Shown: piece after piece, positions 26,201 to 35,220 of the stretch
Position numbering within the stretch: position 1 is the first letter of the stretch
How the letters are laid out: every line of letters begins with the position of its first letter
NCBI GenBank assembly: GCA_002499015.1
Contig: DAJY01000100.1
Location: 10,768 to 48,446 of the forward strand
DNA: 37,679 nt
Direction of reading: 5' to 3'
Source: Euryarchaeota archaeon UBA242
GTDB lineage: Archaea > Thermoplasmatota > Poseidoniia > Poseidoniales > Poseidoniaceae
Translations under genes and position numbers: made by a program
Notes under the pieces: model-generated
The model's input: the letters and a program-made list of their open reading frames with translations, nothing else
What the model was told of the DNA's origin: nothing
Databases searched by the model: none

Positions 26201-26402
26201 CAACTTGTAAATTCGATAATTGTTTAGGAACAAACCATACCCAAACTGGAATTGCAACCGCAAAAGCAATCAAAGCAGGGAACAGATAGCGCATTTGAAT
26301 ATCGCCTGGATTTGCAATAGTTACTGCTTGTACACTAGGTAGAGTAATAATCCCTATTAATGAAAATAAATAGAGAAAACGGGCATGGTTTACTCTCTTC
26401 AT
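23253..26402 (-). CDS. Large polytopic membrane protein of unknown function, with a central helical-repeat (TPR-like) domain and a basic C-terminal tail
   Basis: ATG 26402 gives MKRVNHARFLYLFSLIGIITLPSVQAV, which is signal- or TM-like. About 11 hydrophobic helices lie in the first ~460 aa. A ~330-aa alpha-helical soluble region follows (e.g. DDEARMIVATGQIASRRLDAAREALHGL, HDDALELALHLVKEEP, GDWHSARSIMVELLDSDPHDPRVL). Two more TM helices and an Arg/Lys-rich tail complete the protein. The ORF track starts at GTG 26426. Confidence 0.7.
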   Translation of the reverse strand: MKRVNHARFLYLFSLIGIITLPSVQAVTIANPGDIQMRYLFPALIAFAVAIPVWVWFVPKQLSNLQVAFEIDDDLYEVHRITNGLSDARNLLRDRSVSIGVGLYMMGMSGVLLLITELLFNADVYYGPNLFLIGILIAIPVIISPWETLNAQLIGKRKKSAIKSRIFRRGFRRVLTLVFLIAATIGTVLFGIKTEGRITPVWLAAAMLTFMAPTIIAYGRIMGASWNMLLINKWRTANGRPNPIDPDKAGFVSRLFSLVLVIFLATMPITALNGIVTVFYILVNEPSNATEVLNYGGIIGHSIYVRIDLISELLFHWQFIKAMPQFLSVYLTMNIAIVGLAFIFELTRNLVLGGQSFGGLFGVTLDTPREIRTEKSAQARQLTFAFAGFSGYTVFLLVLVSYKEFGALMPFTDWLEFEGFDEGMRLLTTWMFIAVGQAIFLLTWLLSIIKFSQLSNLRFDLNPAERREGAVKLEGGGWMRQTVEIAARSEDLDSLIAFQRRSISEDAAIVRHEKARAKMWEMAIRGLWPTAIEEARKVLAQSGGNDDEARMIVATGQIASRRLDAAREALHGLQQPEGYDEPELLAFICEWMDPWHGNVTEDDIWDWENNSCIDHLQMLMGMLRGWKANPPTNNVHNDRLFRVAQLSIVALLRAQRQHDDALELALHLVKEEPVSVRPRIAVALCLVDKGDWHSARSIMVELLDSDPHDPRVLALSFILGQPQDEEELEVALVNSDRNKMKKFINEAPVNSVAALSIKGGMDEAINANILIASHEAVKRGMTPRYSSGVLNIIMHYFVLIPSWLIAGIYVSSLRGEAQGMAVVIALLLFHFGFRRFSKQQRKVVRHRDQRAMVAYAKRMKRNKVIPAIGNLPIGTHLLLSGILVTVNGVVLDVGMPGWLTVRLPKDTEKVVRSKLKRQANLINKSRPPRLQPLGEGWWLKRPKEDGAEIPALERLIGPAAYLGRQQYIERKKGKVARPRGRVSGNPKPVSRVDLNRLEIPSNTIISERKSKHSFSSEPISRIGTLKPTEGIVPQRKNTEHNSDDDVAFL

Positions 26403-26458
26403 GCTCACACCACAAGCATTAGACACATCAACTAATCGCCAACAAAATTACTAATGTA

Positions 26459-27670
26459 TCAACGGTTATTTTGCAAAAAACGTTCAATTCTGTCAAATGC
26501 TTCATTCAATATTTCCTTATTTGGTAGATAGACTATTCGGAAATGACCTTTGCCTAATTGTGGCGAAAAACCACTTCCATGTACGACTAAAACATGTTCT
26601 TGATGCAACAAATCAAGAACAAACTTCTTATCATCTTGGGCCCATTTATCATCAGTTAATTTCACGAACATGTAGAATGCACCGCCAGGTGCCTGAACTT
26701 CTAAGCCATCGATGGCAGCAATTCTTTCGATACAAAGGTCACGTTGGTCAATTACTTTCTGTTTGTATGTATCCATCCAAGTTCTATCACTGACCAATCC
26801 TGCAAGGTATCCAAATTGGGCTGGTGTGGAAGCGCACAGTCTTGAACGAAGCATCCGTTCGATGCCATCCCTCACCAGATTCATTCTTCCCTGAGGGTCA
26901 TGAATTGCCATGTAGCCAATTCTCCAGCCAGGAGCATAGTATACTTTTGAAACCCCATTTAATGAGAATACTGGCACATCATGTGAACGACTGGCTACGC
27001 TTACTTGATGTCCAGTAAAATCCAAACCGTCGTAAATTTCATCAGCTACGACCATACAATTTGGCCATTTGCTTGCAATTGATAATAGTCGGTCTACTTC
27101 ATCAACAGTAGCCACATTTCCGCAAGGATTATTTGGATTAATAATCACCAATAATCGCACAGATTGATTCATCTTTGACTCAATGTCATCAAAATCTATT
27201 TTCCAACCATCATCTTTATCTAATCTATATTCAATCGTTTTAGCACCATATCCCTGAGGGTATGCCATGTATGGTGGATAATGCGGCCCTGGTGCTAAAA
27301 CAACATCTCCTTCCGATAATGTAGCAGCAAAAATTATCTGCAGTGCTTCGGTTACTCCATGACAAACATAGACGTCATCGGCTGAAGCCTTCCACCCTTT
27401 ATTGGATTCATCTTCCGCAATGGCAGTTCTTAATTCTGGTAATCCGTATGAAGGTGAATAGCCATTTATTCCATCTCGCAGTGCCTTAGCGTATGCCTCT
27501 ACCATGTGTTGTGGTGTCGGTAAGCCAGGGTATGCAATCGGGTCACCAATGTTCAATTTGATTATTTCATGACCTTGTGCTTCAAGGATTGTTGCAGGAA
27601 CTACAACATCCCGAATTGCATATTCAATATTGGCAGCACGTGATGCCACTGGTATCTGTTCTACAGCCAT
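26459..27670 (-). CDS. Alanine aminotransferase (class I PLP-dependent aminotransferase)
   Basis: IEYAIRDVVVPA...IKLNIGDP, NPNNPCG, the PLP-lysine context LNGVSKVYYAPGWRIGY, and HVLVVHGSGF...GHFRIVYLP match the archaeal AlaAT pattern (for example the Pyrococcus enzyme). ATG 27670 has GGGGTGA 7 nt upstream. The ORF track starts at GTG 27679. Confidence 0.9.
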   Translation of the reverse strand: MAVEQIPVASRAANIEYAIRDVVVPATILEAQGHEIIKLNIGDPIAYPGLPTPQHMVEAYAKALRDGINGYSPSYGLPELRTAIAEDESNKGWKASADDVYVCHGVTEALQIIFAATLSEGDVVLAPGPHYPPYMAYPQGYGAKTIEYRLDKDDGWKIDFDDIESKMNQSVRLLVIINPNNPCGNVATVDEVDRLLSIASKWPNCMVVADEIYDGLDFTGHQVSVASRSHDVPVFSLNGVSKVYYAPGWRIGYMAIHDPQGRMNLVRDGIERMLRSRLCASTPAQFGYLAGLVSDRTWMDTYKQKVIDQRDLCIERIAAIDGLEVQAPGGAFYMFVKLTDDKWAQDDKKFVLDLLHQEHVLVVHGSGFSPQLGKGHFRIVYLPNKEILNEAFDRIERFLQNNR

Positions 27671-27708
27671 GATATTCACCCCACTATCATCCCACTATCA
27701 AACTTAAC

Positions 27709-28185
27709 CTACAAATCATTTCTTGACATTCCAACCATATCTAATATTGCATCAAAATGAACTTCTTCAACCGGTTGAACGGATAGTCGCTGCCCTTTTC
27801 TAATCAACAACATGCCCTCGCAACGGTCATTCTCTCTTATTGAAGCAAGCGAAATGATACTAGGCAATTCACAAACTGGTTCAATATCGACCATTATCCA
27901 ACGAGGTTTTTGTTTAGAAGATTTTTCATCAAAATATTTACTGTTGCGGTCCCATGAAGTATGGTCTGGATAACCTTCTCGGCTGATCTTAGCAACCGCT
28001 GCTACATGAGGTGGTTTTGTATTGGAGTGGTAGTACAAAACTAAGTCTCCGGACTTCATATCATCTCGCATAATATTTCTTGCTTGATAATTTCTAACTC
28101 CATCCCAATGAGTTGAACCATCTTCTACAAGTTGTGAATATGGGTATACATCAGGCTCTGATTTCATCAACCAATAGTTTGCCAT
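27709..28185 (-). CDS. EVE domain (PUA-like, THYN1/DUF55 family) protein
   Basis: MANYWLMKSEPDVYPYSQL...WDGVRNYQARNIMRDDMKSGDLVLYYHSN is the canonical EVE N-terminal signature. At 158 aa it is a single-domain protein. Confidence 0.85.
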   Translation of the reverse strand: MANYWLMKSEPDVYPYSQLVEDGSTHWDGVRNYQARNIMRDDMKSGDLVLYYHSNTKPPHVAAVAKISREGYPDHTSWDRNSKYFDEKSSKQKPRWIMVDIEPVCELPSIISLASIRENDRCEGMLLIRKGQRLSVQPVEEVHFDAILDMVGMSRNDL

Positions 28186-28242
28186 GAAGCATTTGAAGAA
28201 GTGGCACTCTATGACTATTACTAGATATGCAAAATAATTATT

Positions 28243-31200
28243 TCACCACGAGTCAACAACATCATCAACTAAAGCAGCATCTAAAACATCAATTTCATTT
28301 CTTTTACCAACAGACCCTAATCCAAGTTTCTTGGCCATACTAGAAGGTCCTCCAACAGAACCAATTCCTATTTTTTCTAAGGTTACGAAAATCGCAGGTA
28401 GCAATATTAGTGCCGATGCTGCTGCGACCCATAACAAAATGATAATGACGTTAATGAAAGGTTGAATTGCGGGTATGGGTATGCTCTTTGCAGTAATTAG
28501 TCCAAGTGATGTCACGGTGGCTGCTTCAAATAGTGACATCCCGGTACCAATAGCAGCTGTTTTGATTGCAGGTATTCCACCACCCAATTCCTTTATCCGA
28601 TTGGCAATGTGAATTGAAAAGTCGACACCAACTCCAACTAAAATAGAGCCTATCATCACAGTTACAAGAGATAGAGACACGTCCAATTGCCACATGAATA
28701 GCCACTGTAAAGCAACAGTTGCAATAACTGGAGAAGTTGTCCAAAGCGAAAATCTAATATCTTTGAAAACTATTGCCAATGTGATTAATGTCAAAATAAT
28801 TGCGAATCCTAAAGAAGTCCATTGTGAACCAACAATTAACTCATTTACTTCGATTACAGTTGCTGCAACTCCAGTCAAATCTTCCGCAGATTCACCATGG
28901 GCACCGCTAAAAGATTCGGTGTGAGCATTTACCGCATCTACATATTCAGAGGTTTGAGCAACTGGAACAAAGGGCATATCAACAAAGATTAATGTTCTAT
29001 CGAAATCTTCATTAACGAAAATTTCTCTTGTCTCTTCAGTAATTGATGCATAAAATACATCCAGCAAAAAGATTTGACTCTGCTTTGTTCCAGGTAGGCC
29101 ATAATCTTCAGGAGTCATCAATAAATCCCAGAATGAAGCTCCTCCTGTCACTTCACGATCTAACAACACTTGGGCTGTATCTTTGATGTCTTCAGGAAGT
29201 GGAGTATTAGCAATAAAGTCGGACAACTGTGAACCAGAAACTTTCAATTCTAAACCAGTAGATTTCATCAAGAACACAATTGAAACTGCTGATGTATTTT
29301 CGATTCCGTTTAATTTACCTTCAAGTGCATCGATAATATCTAAATTACTTGCGGGATCATCATTTGCCGGATCACCATCGTTGATATCTCCACTAACATT
29401 TGCATGAATCAAAATCATACCTATTTGCCCAGCCTCAAACTCTTCACTGTATTGGATCATTTTTTGTACTGACAATTCTGTTTCTGGTGCCATGCCTAGA
29501 AGATCAATATCCTCTCTAACATTTTGCTGGCCTACAGTCGCAGAAAAGAGAATCAGAATTAAGAATACCGTAATAACTGGAACATTATATTTTACGGGAA
29601 GTTCCACTACTTTTTCAAATACCTTTAACGGAGGATGCTTTGGTTTTATTAAATCTAATAATAAAGTAAGATTAGGGACCATAAACATAGTCAAAATATA
29701 GACTATAACTATACCTCCTGACAATGCAATACCAACTGTTTGAATCGGTGCCATTGGAGTGAAAACTAATGAAATAAAACCAATAACAGTAGTTACTGCT
29801 GATAAAAATACTGCTTTTCCTGTAGAACTTAGAGAAGCCTTCATTTTTTCATGTTTCGTCCCCTCTTCTTCTGCATAGCGATTGGTAATGTGCAAGCCGT
29901 ATGAGACTCCTAGCGCGAGAAGAATTGGCCCGACAATAATCACCGTCATCGTCACTTCATAATTGGTCCAACCAATTATCCCCAATGTCCAAAATACCGA
30001 ACACAGAGTCGGAAGTCCTGCAATAATAACCACTTTAATTCCTTGAAGAGGACGTATTCCATTCAACCCACCTTGGAGTATATCGGAATGGAATAAGAAT
30101 AAACCTAATGCAACTAAGACACAAGCATTAGGGAATATGTCCCAGAATAAGACGAATGAAAACTCGGTTACTGCATTGGTGATTGGTACTGCTCCAGTTA
30201 GAGTCATTGTTAACCCAAGAGAATCCCATGTGCACATTTCACCATTGGCTGGAGCCCCATTCTCGTCAAATTCGCATGCCCTTTCAGACGTTGAAATATT
30301 ATCAAGTGTTTTCTGAGTGCTTTCTATAATGTCCTTTGCAGTTTTCCCTTCTTCATCTGAAACTATAACTGCAACTGCCATAATCGCCCTATCCAATTTG
30401 CCATCTGGGCCTCCATCCTCCGCACCCTTTACATCTCTAGCCAATTTATCTAAACCAGGCGATGCGCTTCCATCATCTTCATACATTTCTTGAACGATTA
30501 AATCGATAGTTTGCTGTGAAGGGATCTCATAACCGCCACCAATAGTTGTGTCGGTTAGTGCTAACGCTTCGTTAAGTTGGCTAGCAGCAAGGGCACTAGC
30601 ACAATCGTCTTGACCAGATAAGCAGCCGAGTTGTCCTAATTCGGTTACAACCGCTTCTCTAACCCTAGGTACACTTGAATTTACTTCTTTAAGAACCGTT
30701 GAAAGTGATAAAATGTAGATTACTTGGTCATCAACTGAATTAGAAAGATACGGATTTAGGATATTTTCAACATATGAAATTTCTTGCAATATTCGTTTAT
30801 CAGTAATATTTCTATCACTATCTTCGTCTAATTCGATATAGACTACCATTACATTTGTACTCCAGTCTTCCTCAATCAATTCAATAAGTTCGCCTACATG
30901 ACTACCTTCTGGGAGATAGACCTCCATATCTCCGTTAACATTCAATGCTGATTTATCCGGATCATCATCAAATCTCGTACCATCAAGGAACCCAGATTGA
31001 GTGACGAAGAAACTAGTTATGAAAAGAAAAATAAATATTGTTGCGATGGGAAATTTGGTGATTGCTCCTGTAGCACCATTCTTTTGCCACTCTCTCTTGA
31101 TGCGGTCTGGTGCCTCTAATACTGCACCTAATACTACTTTCGTATCAAACTCTTTGACCCTCTTTCCTAAGTTAGAAGCACTGGATTGGAGTTTACTTTT

Positions 31201-31272
31201 GCTATAATCTGCAATCGCCTCCAGACGCTCGCCTACGGAGGTTTCGTCGTCATTAATTTTACCTCTTGACAC
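28243..31272 (-). CDS. RND-superfamily exporter (MMPL/COG1033-type, two 6-TM bundles)
   Basis: There are two hydrophobic bundles, each preceded by a large soluble loop. The family-typical motifs GVSYGLHITNRYAEE and GVGVDFSIHIANRIKE lie in the respective TM4-like helices. The start is GTG at 31272, and no in-frame ATG occurs before the first TM helix. Confidence 0.8.
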   Translation of the reverse strand: MSRGKINDDETSVGERLEAIADYSKSKLQSSASNLGKRVKEFDTKVVLGAVLEAPDRIKREWQKNGATGAITKFPIATIFIFLFITSFFVTQSGFLDGTRFDDDPDKSALNVNGDMEVYLPEGSHVGELIELIEEDWSTNVMVVYIELDEDSDRNITDKRILQEISYVENILNPYLSNSVDDQVIYILSLSTVLKEVNSSVPRVREAVVTELGQLGCLSGQDDCASALAASQLNEALALTDTTIGGGYEIPSQQTIDLIVQEMYEDDGSASPGLDKLARDVKGAEDGGPDGKLDRAIMAVAVIVSDEEGKTAKDIIESTQKTLDNISTSERACEFDENGAPANGEMCTWDSLGLTMTLTGAVPITNAVTEFSFVLFWDIFPNACVLVALGLFLFHSDILQGGLNGIRPLQGIKVVIIAGLPTLCSVFWTLGIIGWTNYEVTMTVIIVGPILLALGVSYGLHITNRYAEEEGTKHEKMKASLSSTGKAVFLSAVTTVIGFISLVFTPMAPIQTVGIALSGGIVIVYILTMFMVPNLTLLLDLIKPKHPPLKVFEKVVELPVKYNVPVITVFLILILFSATVGQQNVREDIDLLGMAPETELSVQKMIQYSEEFEAGQIGMILIHANVSGDINDGDPANDDPASNLDIIDALEGKLNGIENTSAVSIVFLMKSTGLELKVSGSQLSDFIANTPLPEDIKDTAQVLLDREVTGGASFWDLLMTPEDYGLPGTKQSQIFLLDVFYASITEETREIFVNEDFDRTLIFVDMPFVPVAQTSEYVDAVNAHTESFSGAHGESAEDLTGVAATVIEVNELIVGSQWTSLGFAIILTLITLAIVFKDIRFSLWTTSPVIATVALQWLFMWQLDVSLSLVTVMIGSILVGVGVDFSIHIANRIKELGGGIPAIKTAAIGTGMSLFEAATVTSLGLITAKSIPIPAIQPFINVIIILLWVAAASALILLPAIFVTLEKIGIGSVGGPSSMAKKLGLGSVGKRNEIDVLDAALVDDVVDSW

Positions 31273-31472
31273 ACTAACAACCCCCTTATGTTCTCACTGA
31301 GACGCAATGCCTTTGAAAGGTATGCCTACTAATGTTTACAAAATCCACTGTTTTGAGTAGATTTATTTTTTGCCGGAACAATATATTTTACTTGATTTTA
31401 GGGAGAGGTTCAAAGGTGACTTGCTTGAGCGCCGCATGGAGTCGTACTGTTAACTTGTGCGCAGCCGAGGTG

Positions 31473-33971
31473 ATGCCAATGCCAGCCCCTACATTACCGG
31501 AAAAAAGATGGTCTGTCGACCTAGAAAAGAAAATCCAAGAAGCTCATTCTGAAAATGAGCAAGAATACAGCGCAAGGTATGGATTTAATCCGGATAGTGG
31601 TAAGGAAATTTTTGTCATTGATACTCCACCACCGTATCCCTCTGGAACTTGGCATATTGGTGCAGTTGCACAATATTCAATGATCGATGTTATCGCCCGC
31701 TCGCAGCGCTTGCTTGGAAAGGAAGTTTATTTCCCATGGGGAGTTGACCGTAATGGAATTAACATTGAATTCGTTGTTGAAAAGAATACAAAAAGAAAAA
31801 TGAAAACTTATGATCGAGAGGAATTCCTTTCACTTTGTAAGGAGACTATTGAGGAATTTACACAAGCGATGAGAAATACTGCAAAGCGTGTGGGATTATC
31901 CTGTGACTTTAGCAAAGAATACCTTACTGACTCTCCGCAATATCGTCAGGTTACACAAGCTATTTTCGTAGAACTATTCAAGAAAGGAGAAATTATTGAA
32001 GATCTTAGACCTAATATTTACGACCCTGTTGAAGGGACTACTATTGCAGAGGCAGAGGTTGAAAGATTATCTAGAAAGACTAAGTTAGTTGATATCAAAT
32101 GGTATACAGAGGATGGAATTGAAGTAATAATTTCAACTACAAGACCAGAATTAATTTGTGCTTGTGGAATTGTTGTAGTCCATCCAGACGATGAAAGATA
32201 TAGAGATTTAGTGGGTAAAAAAATAATCTTACCAGTTCCAGTTAGCGGAAGGGAAACAAGTGTCGAAATCAAAACACATACATCTGTTAAATCTGATTTC
32301 GGTTCAGGTGTATTGATGGTATGTTCATTCGGAGACCAAAACGATGTTGCAATTTTTAGAGATATGGGATTAACTCCGTTTAGAGCGATTGATTTGGATG
32401 GTTGTATGACCAGTATTGCAGGGCCTTGGAATGGGAATAAAGTAATAGAGGCACGCAAGGCAGTGATTGAATATTTAGAAGAAAATGATAAAATTCATGA
32501 TATCGTTGAACGTGACCAAGAGATACCTGTTTCCGAGAGAGGTAAAAATCCTGTTGAAACAATTTTGCTAAAAGAATGGTATGTCCGTCAAACTCACATT
32601 CAAGATAGGATGAAGGAGCATATTGAAGAAATTAAATTCCATCCAGTTAGAAATAAACAATTTTTGATAGATTGGATGAATAATATCAGTATTGATTGGC
32701 CTATTTCACGAAGAAGATGGTATCATACAGAAATCCCAATATGGTATTCACAAGATGAAACTAAAGTCATAGTCCCTCCGAGTGGAACATATGTTCAACC
32801 TTGGAAGGATTCTCCACCGGTTGACAGCAGAGTGTTAGATCGGGAAACTCGTGAAGACATAGGTTCCTATCAACAATTGAAACAGAGTCTTGGAGAGATT
32901 AGTGGAGAGGAAAAGGTGTTTGATACATGGATGGATTCTTCCAACTCCAATCTCTTCGTCAGTGGATATCTAAATCACCCTGAAATATTTGAGAAGGCAT
33001 TCCCTACTGCTCTAAGACCACAAGGAAAAGAAATCGTTCGAACATGGCTCTACTATACTTTGTTGAAATCAACACTACTATTGGATAAACCTGGTTTTAA
33101 TCATGTTTGGATTGATGGTTTAGGAATGGATCCATGGGGTCGTAAAATGAGTAAATCACTTGGTAATGGTATAGATGCTGATTCAGTTTTAGAATGTGGA
33201 GCAGGTGGTAAAACAGGTTCTTGGAAGGTTAAAGGTCCAGATAAGACCGTTAGTTTACGAGCAAATAAAATCGGTTCCGAATGTTTCCGATTATGGAAGG
33301 CCTGTGATGCTCAAGTTGGTGATGATTTCCATATCAATCCTGAAGAAATTGAAAAGAAGTATTACGGAGTCTTGACCAAGGTATTCAATGTTGCAAGGTT
33401 TGCTTCGATGTTCCCTTGTCCTGAAGATTTAGATACTACTCCTACTGATTTAGCAATAGAGGATAAATGGATTATAGCTGAGTTCCAAAACACAATGTCA
33501 ATCGTTGAAAAATCATGGCACGATCTTGACATTTATACTGCAACTCAAGCATTGAAATCATTCGCTACCGGTGTACTGCCAAGTCATTGGCTAGAGATGG
33601 TAAAGACTCGATTATATGATGAAGATACTGCTGCTGCATGGACAATTCACCGAATTGTTAGAGATTTCCTTAGCGCATTCTCGCCGATATGCCCGTTCTT
33701 CTCACACCACATATCCCTAACAATTTATTCAAAGTCTGCTGTTGATGTCGATTCGTTCCCAAGTAATATTGTTGATGAATTAGCGGTTGATATGGAACAA
33801 GGTGATGATTTGAGAAAACTGACAAGTTCTATTCAAGAATTTAATTCTTCAACTTGGAACGGCAAGAAAGAGGCAGGAATCTCTCTAAACAAACCTATTA
33901 GTGGAATTTCAATTCCTGCTGAACTAAGTGAATTCACAACGATATTGACCAGTATGCATTCACTTGAATGA
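31473..33971 (+). CDS. valS: Valine--tRNA ligase (archaeal type)
   Basis: DTPPPYPSGTWHIGAV (HIGH region), FPWGVDRNGINIE, TTRPELICACGIVVVHPDDERY (CP1/editing region), DWPISRRRWY and KMSKSLGN (33144-33158). The first 47 codons of the ORF-track model (31332-31472) look non-coding. ATG 31479 has GAGGTGA at better spacing and is an alternative start. Confidence 0.9.
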   Translation: MPMPAPTLPEKRWSVDLEKKIQEAHSENEQEYSARYGFNPDSGKEIFVIDTPPPYPSGTWHIGAVAQYSMIDVIARSQRLLGKEVYFPWGVDRNGINIEFVVEKNTKRKMKTYDREEFLSLCKETIEEFTQAMRNTAKRVGLSCDFSKEYLTDSPQYRQVTQAIFVELFKKGEIIEDLRPNIYDPVEGTTIAEAEVERLSRKTKLVDIKWYTEDGIEVIISTTRPELICACGIVVVHPDDERYRDLVGKKIILPVPVSGRETSVEIKTHTSVKSDFGSGVLMVCSFGDQNDVAIFRDMGLTPFRAIDLDGCMTSIAGPWNGNKVIEARKAVIEYLEENDKIHDIVERDQEIPVSERGKNPVETILLKEWYVRQTHIQDRMKEHIEEIKFHPVRNKQFLIDWMNNISIDWPISRRRWYHTEIPIWYSQDETKVIVPPSGTYVQPWKDSPPVDSRVLDRETREDIGSYQQLKQSLGEISGEEKVFDTWMDSSNSNLFVSGYLNHPEIFEKAFPTALRPQGKEIVRTWLYYTLLKSTLLLDKPGFNHVWIDGLGMDPWGRKMSKSLGNGIDADSVLECGAGGKTGSWKVKGPDKTVSLRANKIGSECFRLWKACDAQVGDDFHINPEEIEKKYYGVLTKVFNVARFASMFPCPEDLDTTPTDLAIEDKWIIAEFQNTMSIVEKSWHDLDIYTATQALKSFATGVLPSHWLEMVKTRLYDEDTAAAWTIHRIVRDFLSAFSPICPFFSHHISLTIYSKSAVDVDSFPSNIVDELAVDMEQGDDLRKLTSSIQEFNSSTWNGKKEAGISLNKPISGISIPAELSEFTTILTSMHSLE

Positions 33972-33981
33972 ATTATATATT

Positions 33982-35136
33982 CTATAATTGTAATGTTTCT
34001 TGCCGTGAAATTGGCATTTCTAAATTGCCAAGTCTAAATCCAATGAGACGAACTTTTTCCTCATGGTGCAGATTATTTGCAAAAAGTTGCTGCGCAAGGC
34101 GAGAAAATACCTCTACATCATCCATCGCCACTGGAATAGAGCGCCCATGGGTATGTGTTTCAAAACCTGTATAGCGTATTTTAACCTCAGCCAACCTTCC
34201 AGAGACTCCCATCTCCAGGGCTCTCTTCAAAACAGTTGTAACCAGTTGGTTAAGCATTACCAAAACTATCTCTGAATCTGACTGGTCAACATCAAAGGTA
34301 TGTTCCTTACCAACTGATTTTCGACTCCTCAACGGACTTACTTCATTAGTGGTTTTTCCATCTGCAAGCCTAATTATCCAAGATGCAAAACGCTCATTTG
34401 TCATTCTCGCTAGAGCCAATTCACCCACTTCATATGCTTCATCAACACTTGTTATCCCCCATTCTGCAAGCATTGTTGCTGTTTTAGGACCGACACCGGG
34501 GACTTCTCTAACCGGTCTATCAATAAAAAATTCTTGAATTTCATCAGGTAATATTCTAAAAATCCCGTTGGGTTTATTTATTTCACTTGACATCTTTGCC
34601 AATATTCGGGTTGGCCCAATACCAAATGAAGCTGTTAATCCGACTTTCTTGTATATCGATTGCTGTAACTTACGGCACAATGCAAAGGCTGAATCCCAGT
34701 CACCGTCTACAGTTTCTGTAATATCGAGATAGGCTTCATCAATACTGGCTTTCTCAAATTTTATCGCTGAAGGTTTGAGAACTTCCATTACCTTTCGGCT
34801 TGCTCGACTATACAATCCTCTAGTTCCACTAAGATAGATGGCATTTCCATATGGTGCACCCGGACATCTCCTCCATGCTTCTCCAATAGGCATAGCAGAA
34901 TGAATACCGTATTTTCTCGCTGGATAATTACAAGTAGAAACAATTCCTCTAGCACGACCTTGATTGGGATCAGAACCGATAATTAGGGGAATCGTTGGAT
35001 CTAAGTTGTGATGTAATGTCTCAACTGCAGCGAAAAAAGCATCTAAGTCACAATGAACAATAATCCTCTCTGAACTTCTACTGACATCATCTAGAGTTGC
35101 ACCTTCATCGGAAGAGTTGATTCCAGCACCAGTCAT
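33982..35136 (-). CDS. dinB: Y-family DNA polymerase IV (DinB/Dpo4-like)
   Basis: IVHCDLDAFFAAVE, SIDEAYLDIT, GIGPTRILAKMSSEINKPNG and VREVPGVGPKT. ATG 35136 (MTGAGINSS) is the first ATG. The ORF track starts at TTG 35208. Confidence 0.9.
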   Translation of the reverse strand: MTGAGINSSDEGATLDDVSRSSERIIVHCDLDAFFAAVETLHHNLDPTIPLIIGSDPNQGRARGIVSTCNYPARKYGIHSAMPIGEAWRRCPGAPYGNAIYLSGTRGLYSRASRKVMEVLKPSAIKFEKASIDEAYLDITETVDGDWDSAFALCRKLQQSIYKKVGLTASFGIGPTRILAKMSSEINKPNGIFRILPDEIQEFFIDRPVREVPGVGPKTATMLAEWGITSVDEAYEVGELALARMTNERFASWIIRLADGKTTNEVSPLRSRKSVGKEHTFDVDQSDSEIVLVMLNQLVTTVLKRALEMGVSGRLAEVKIRYTGFETHTHGRSIPVAMDDVEVFSRLAQQLFANNLHHEEKVRLIGFRLGNLEMPISRQETLQL

Positions 35137-35220
35137 TGATATTACTTGACTGTCAGCGGTGTTTAACTGTAACTCTAAATTACTAAGCAAGTGAAATAAT
35201 AATCTCAAGCTTTTTCAAAC

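Noticed and set aside
31332-31472. N-terminal 47-codon extension of the valS ORF-track model
   Set aside because: The translation (MFTKSTVLSRFIFCRNNIFYLILG...) is unlike any ValRS N-terminus, and the region is A/T-rich and promoter-like. The conserved protein begins at MPMPAPTLPEKRW, with a GAGGTG SD nearby.
31400-31472. The relatively GC-rich leader upstream of valS as a possible riboswitch, T-box-like element or sRNA
   Set aside because: I could not find a convincing extended stem-loop or any known leader signature by eye. T-box elements are not known in archaea. The GC-rich stretch may simply contain the SD.
4961-35208. Topoisomerase III and the Y-family polymerase as markers of an integrated plasmid, conjugative element or prophage
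   Set aside because: The window contains no integrase, relaxase, transposase, tRNA attachment site, flanking direct repeats or compositional shift. Both genes sit among housekeeping genes of the same GC content and strand organisation.
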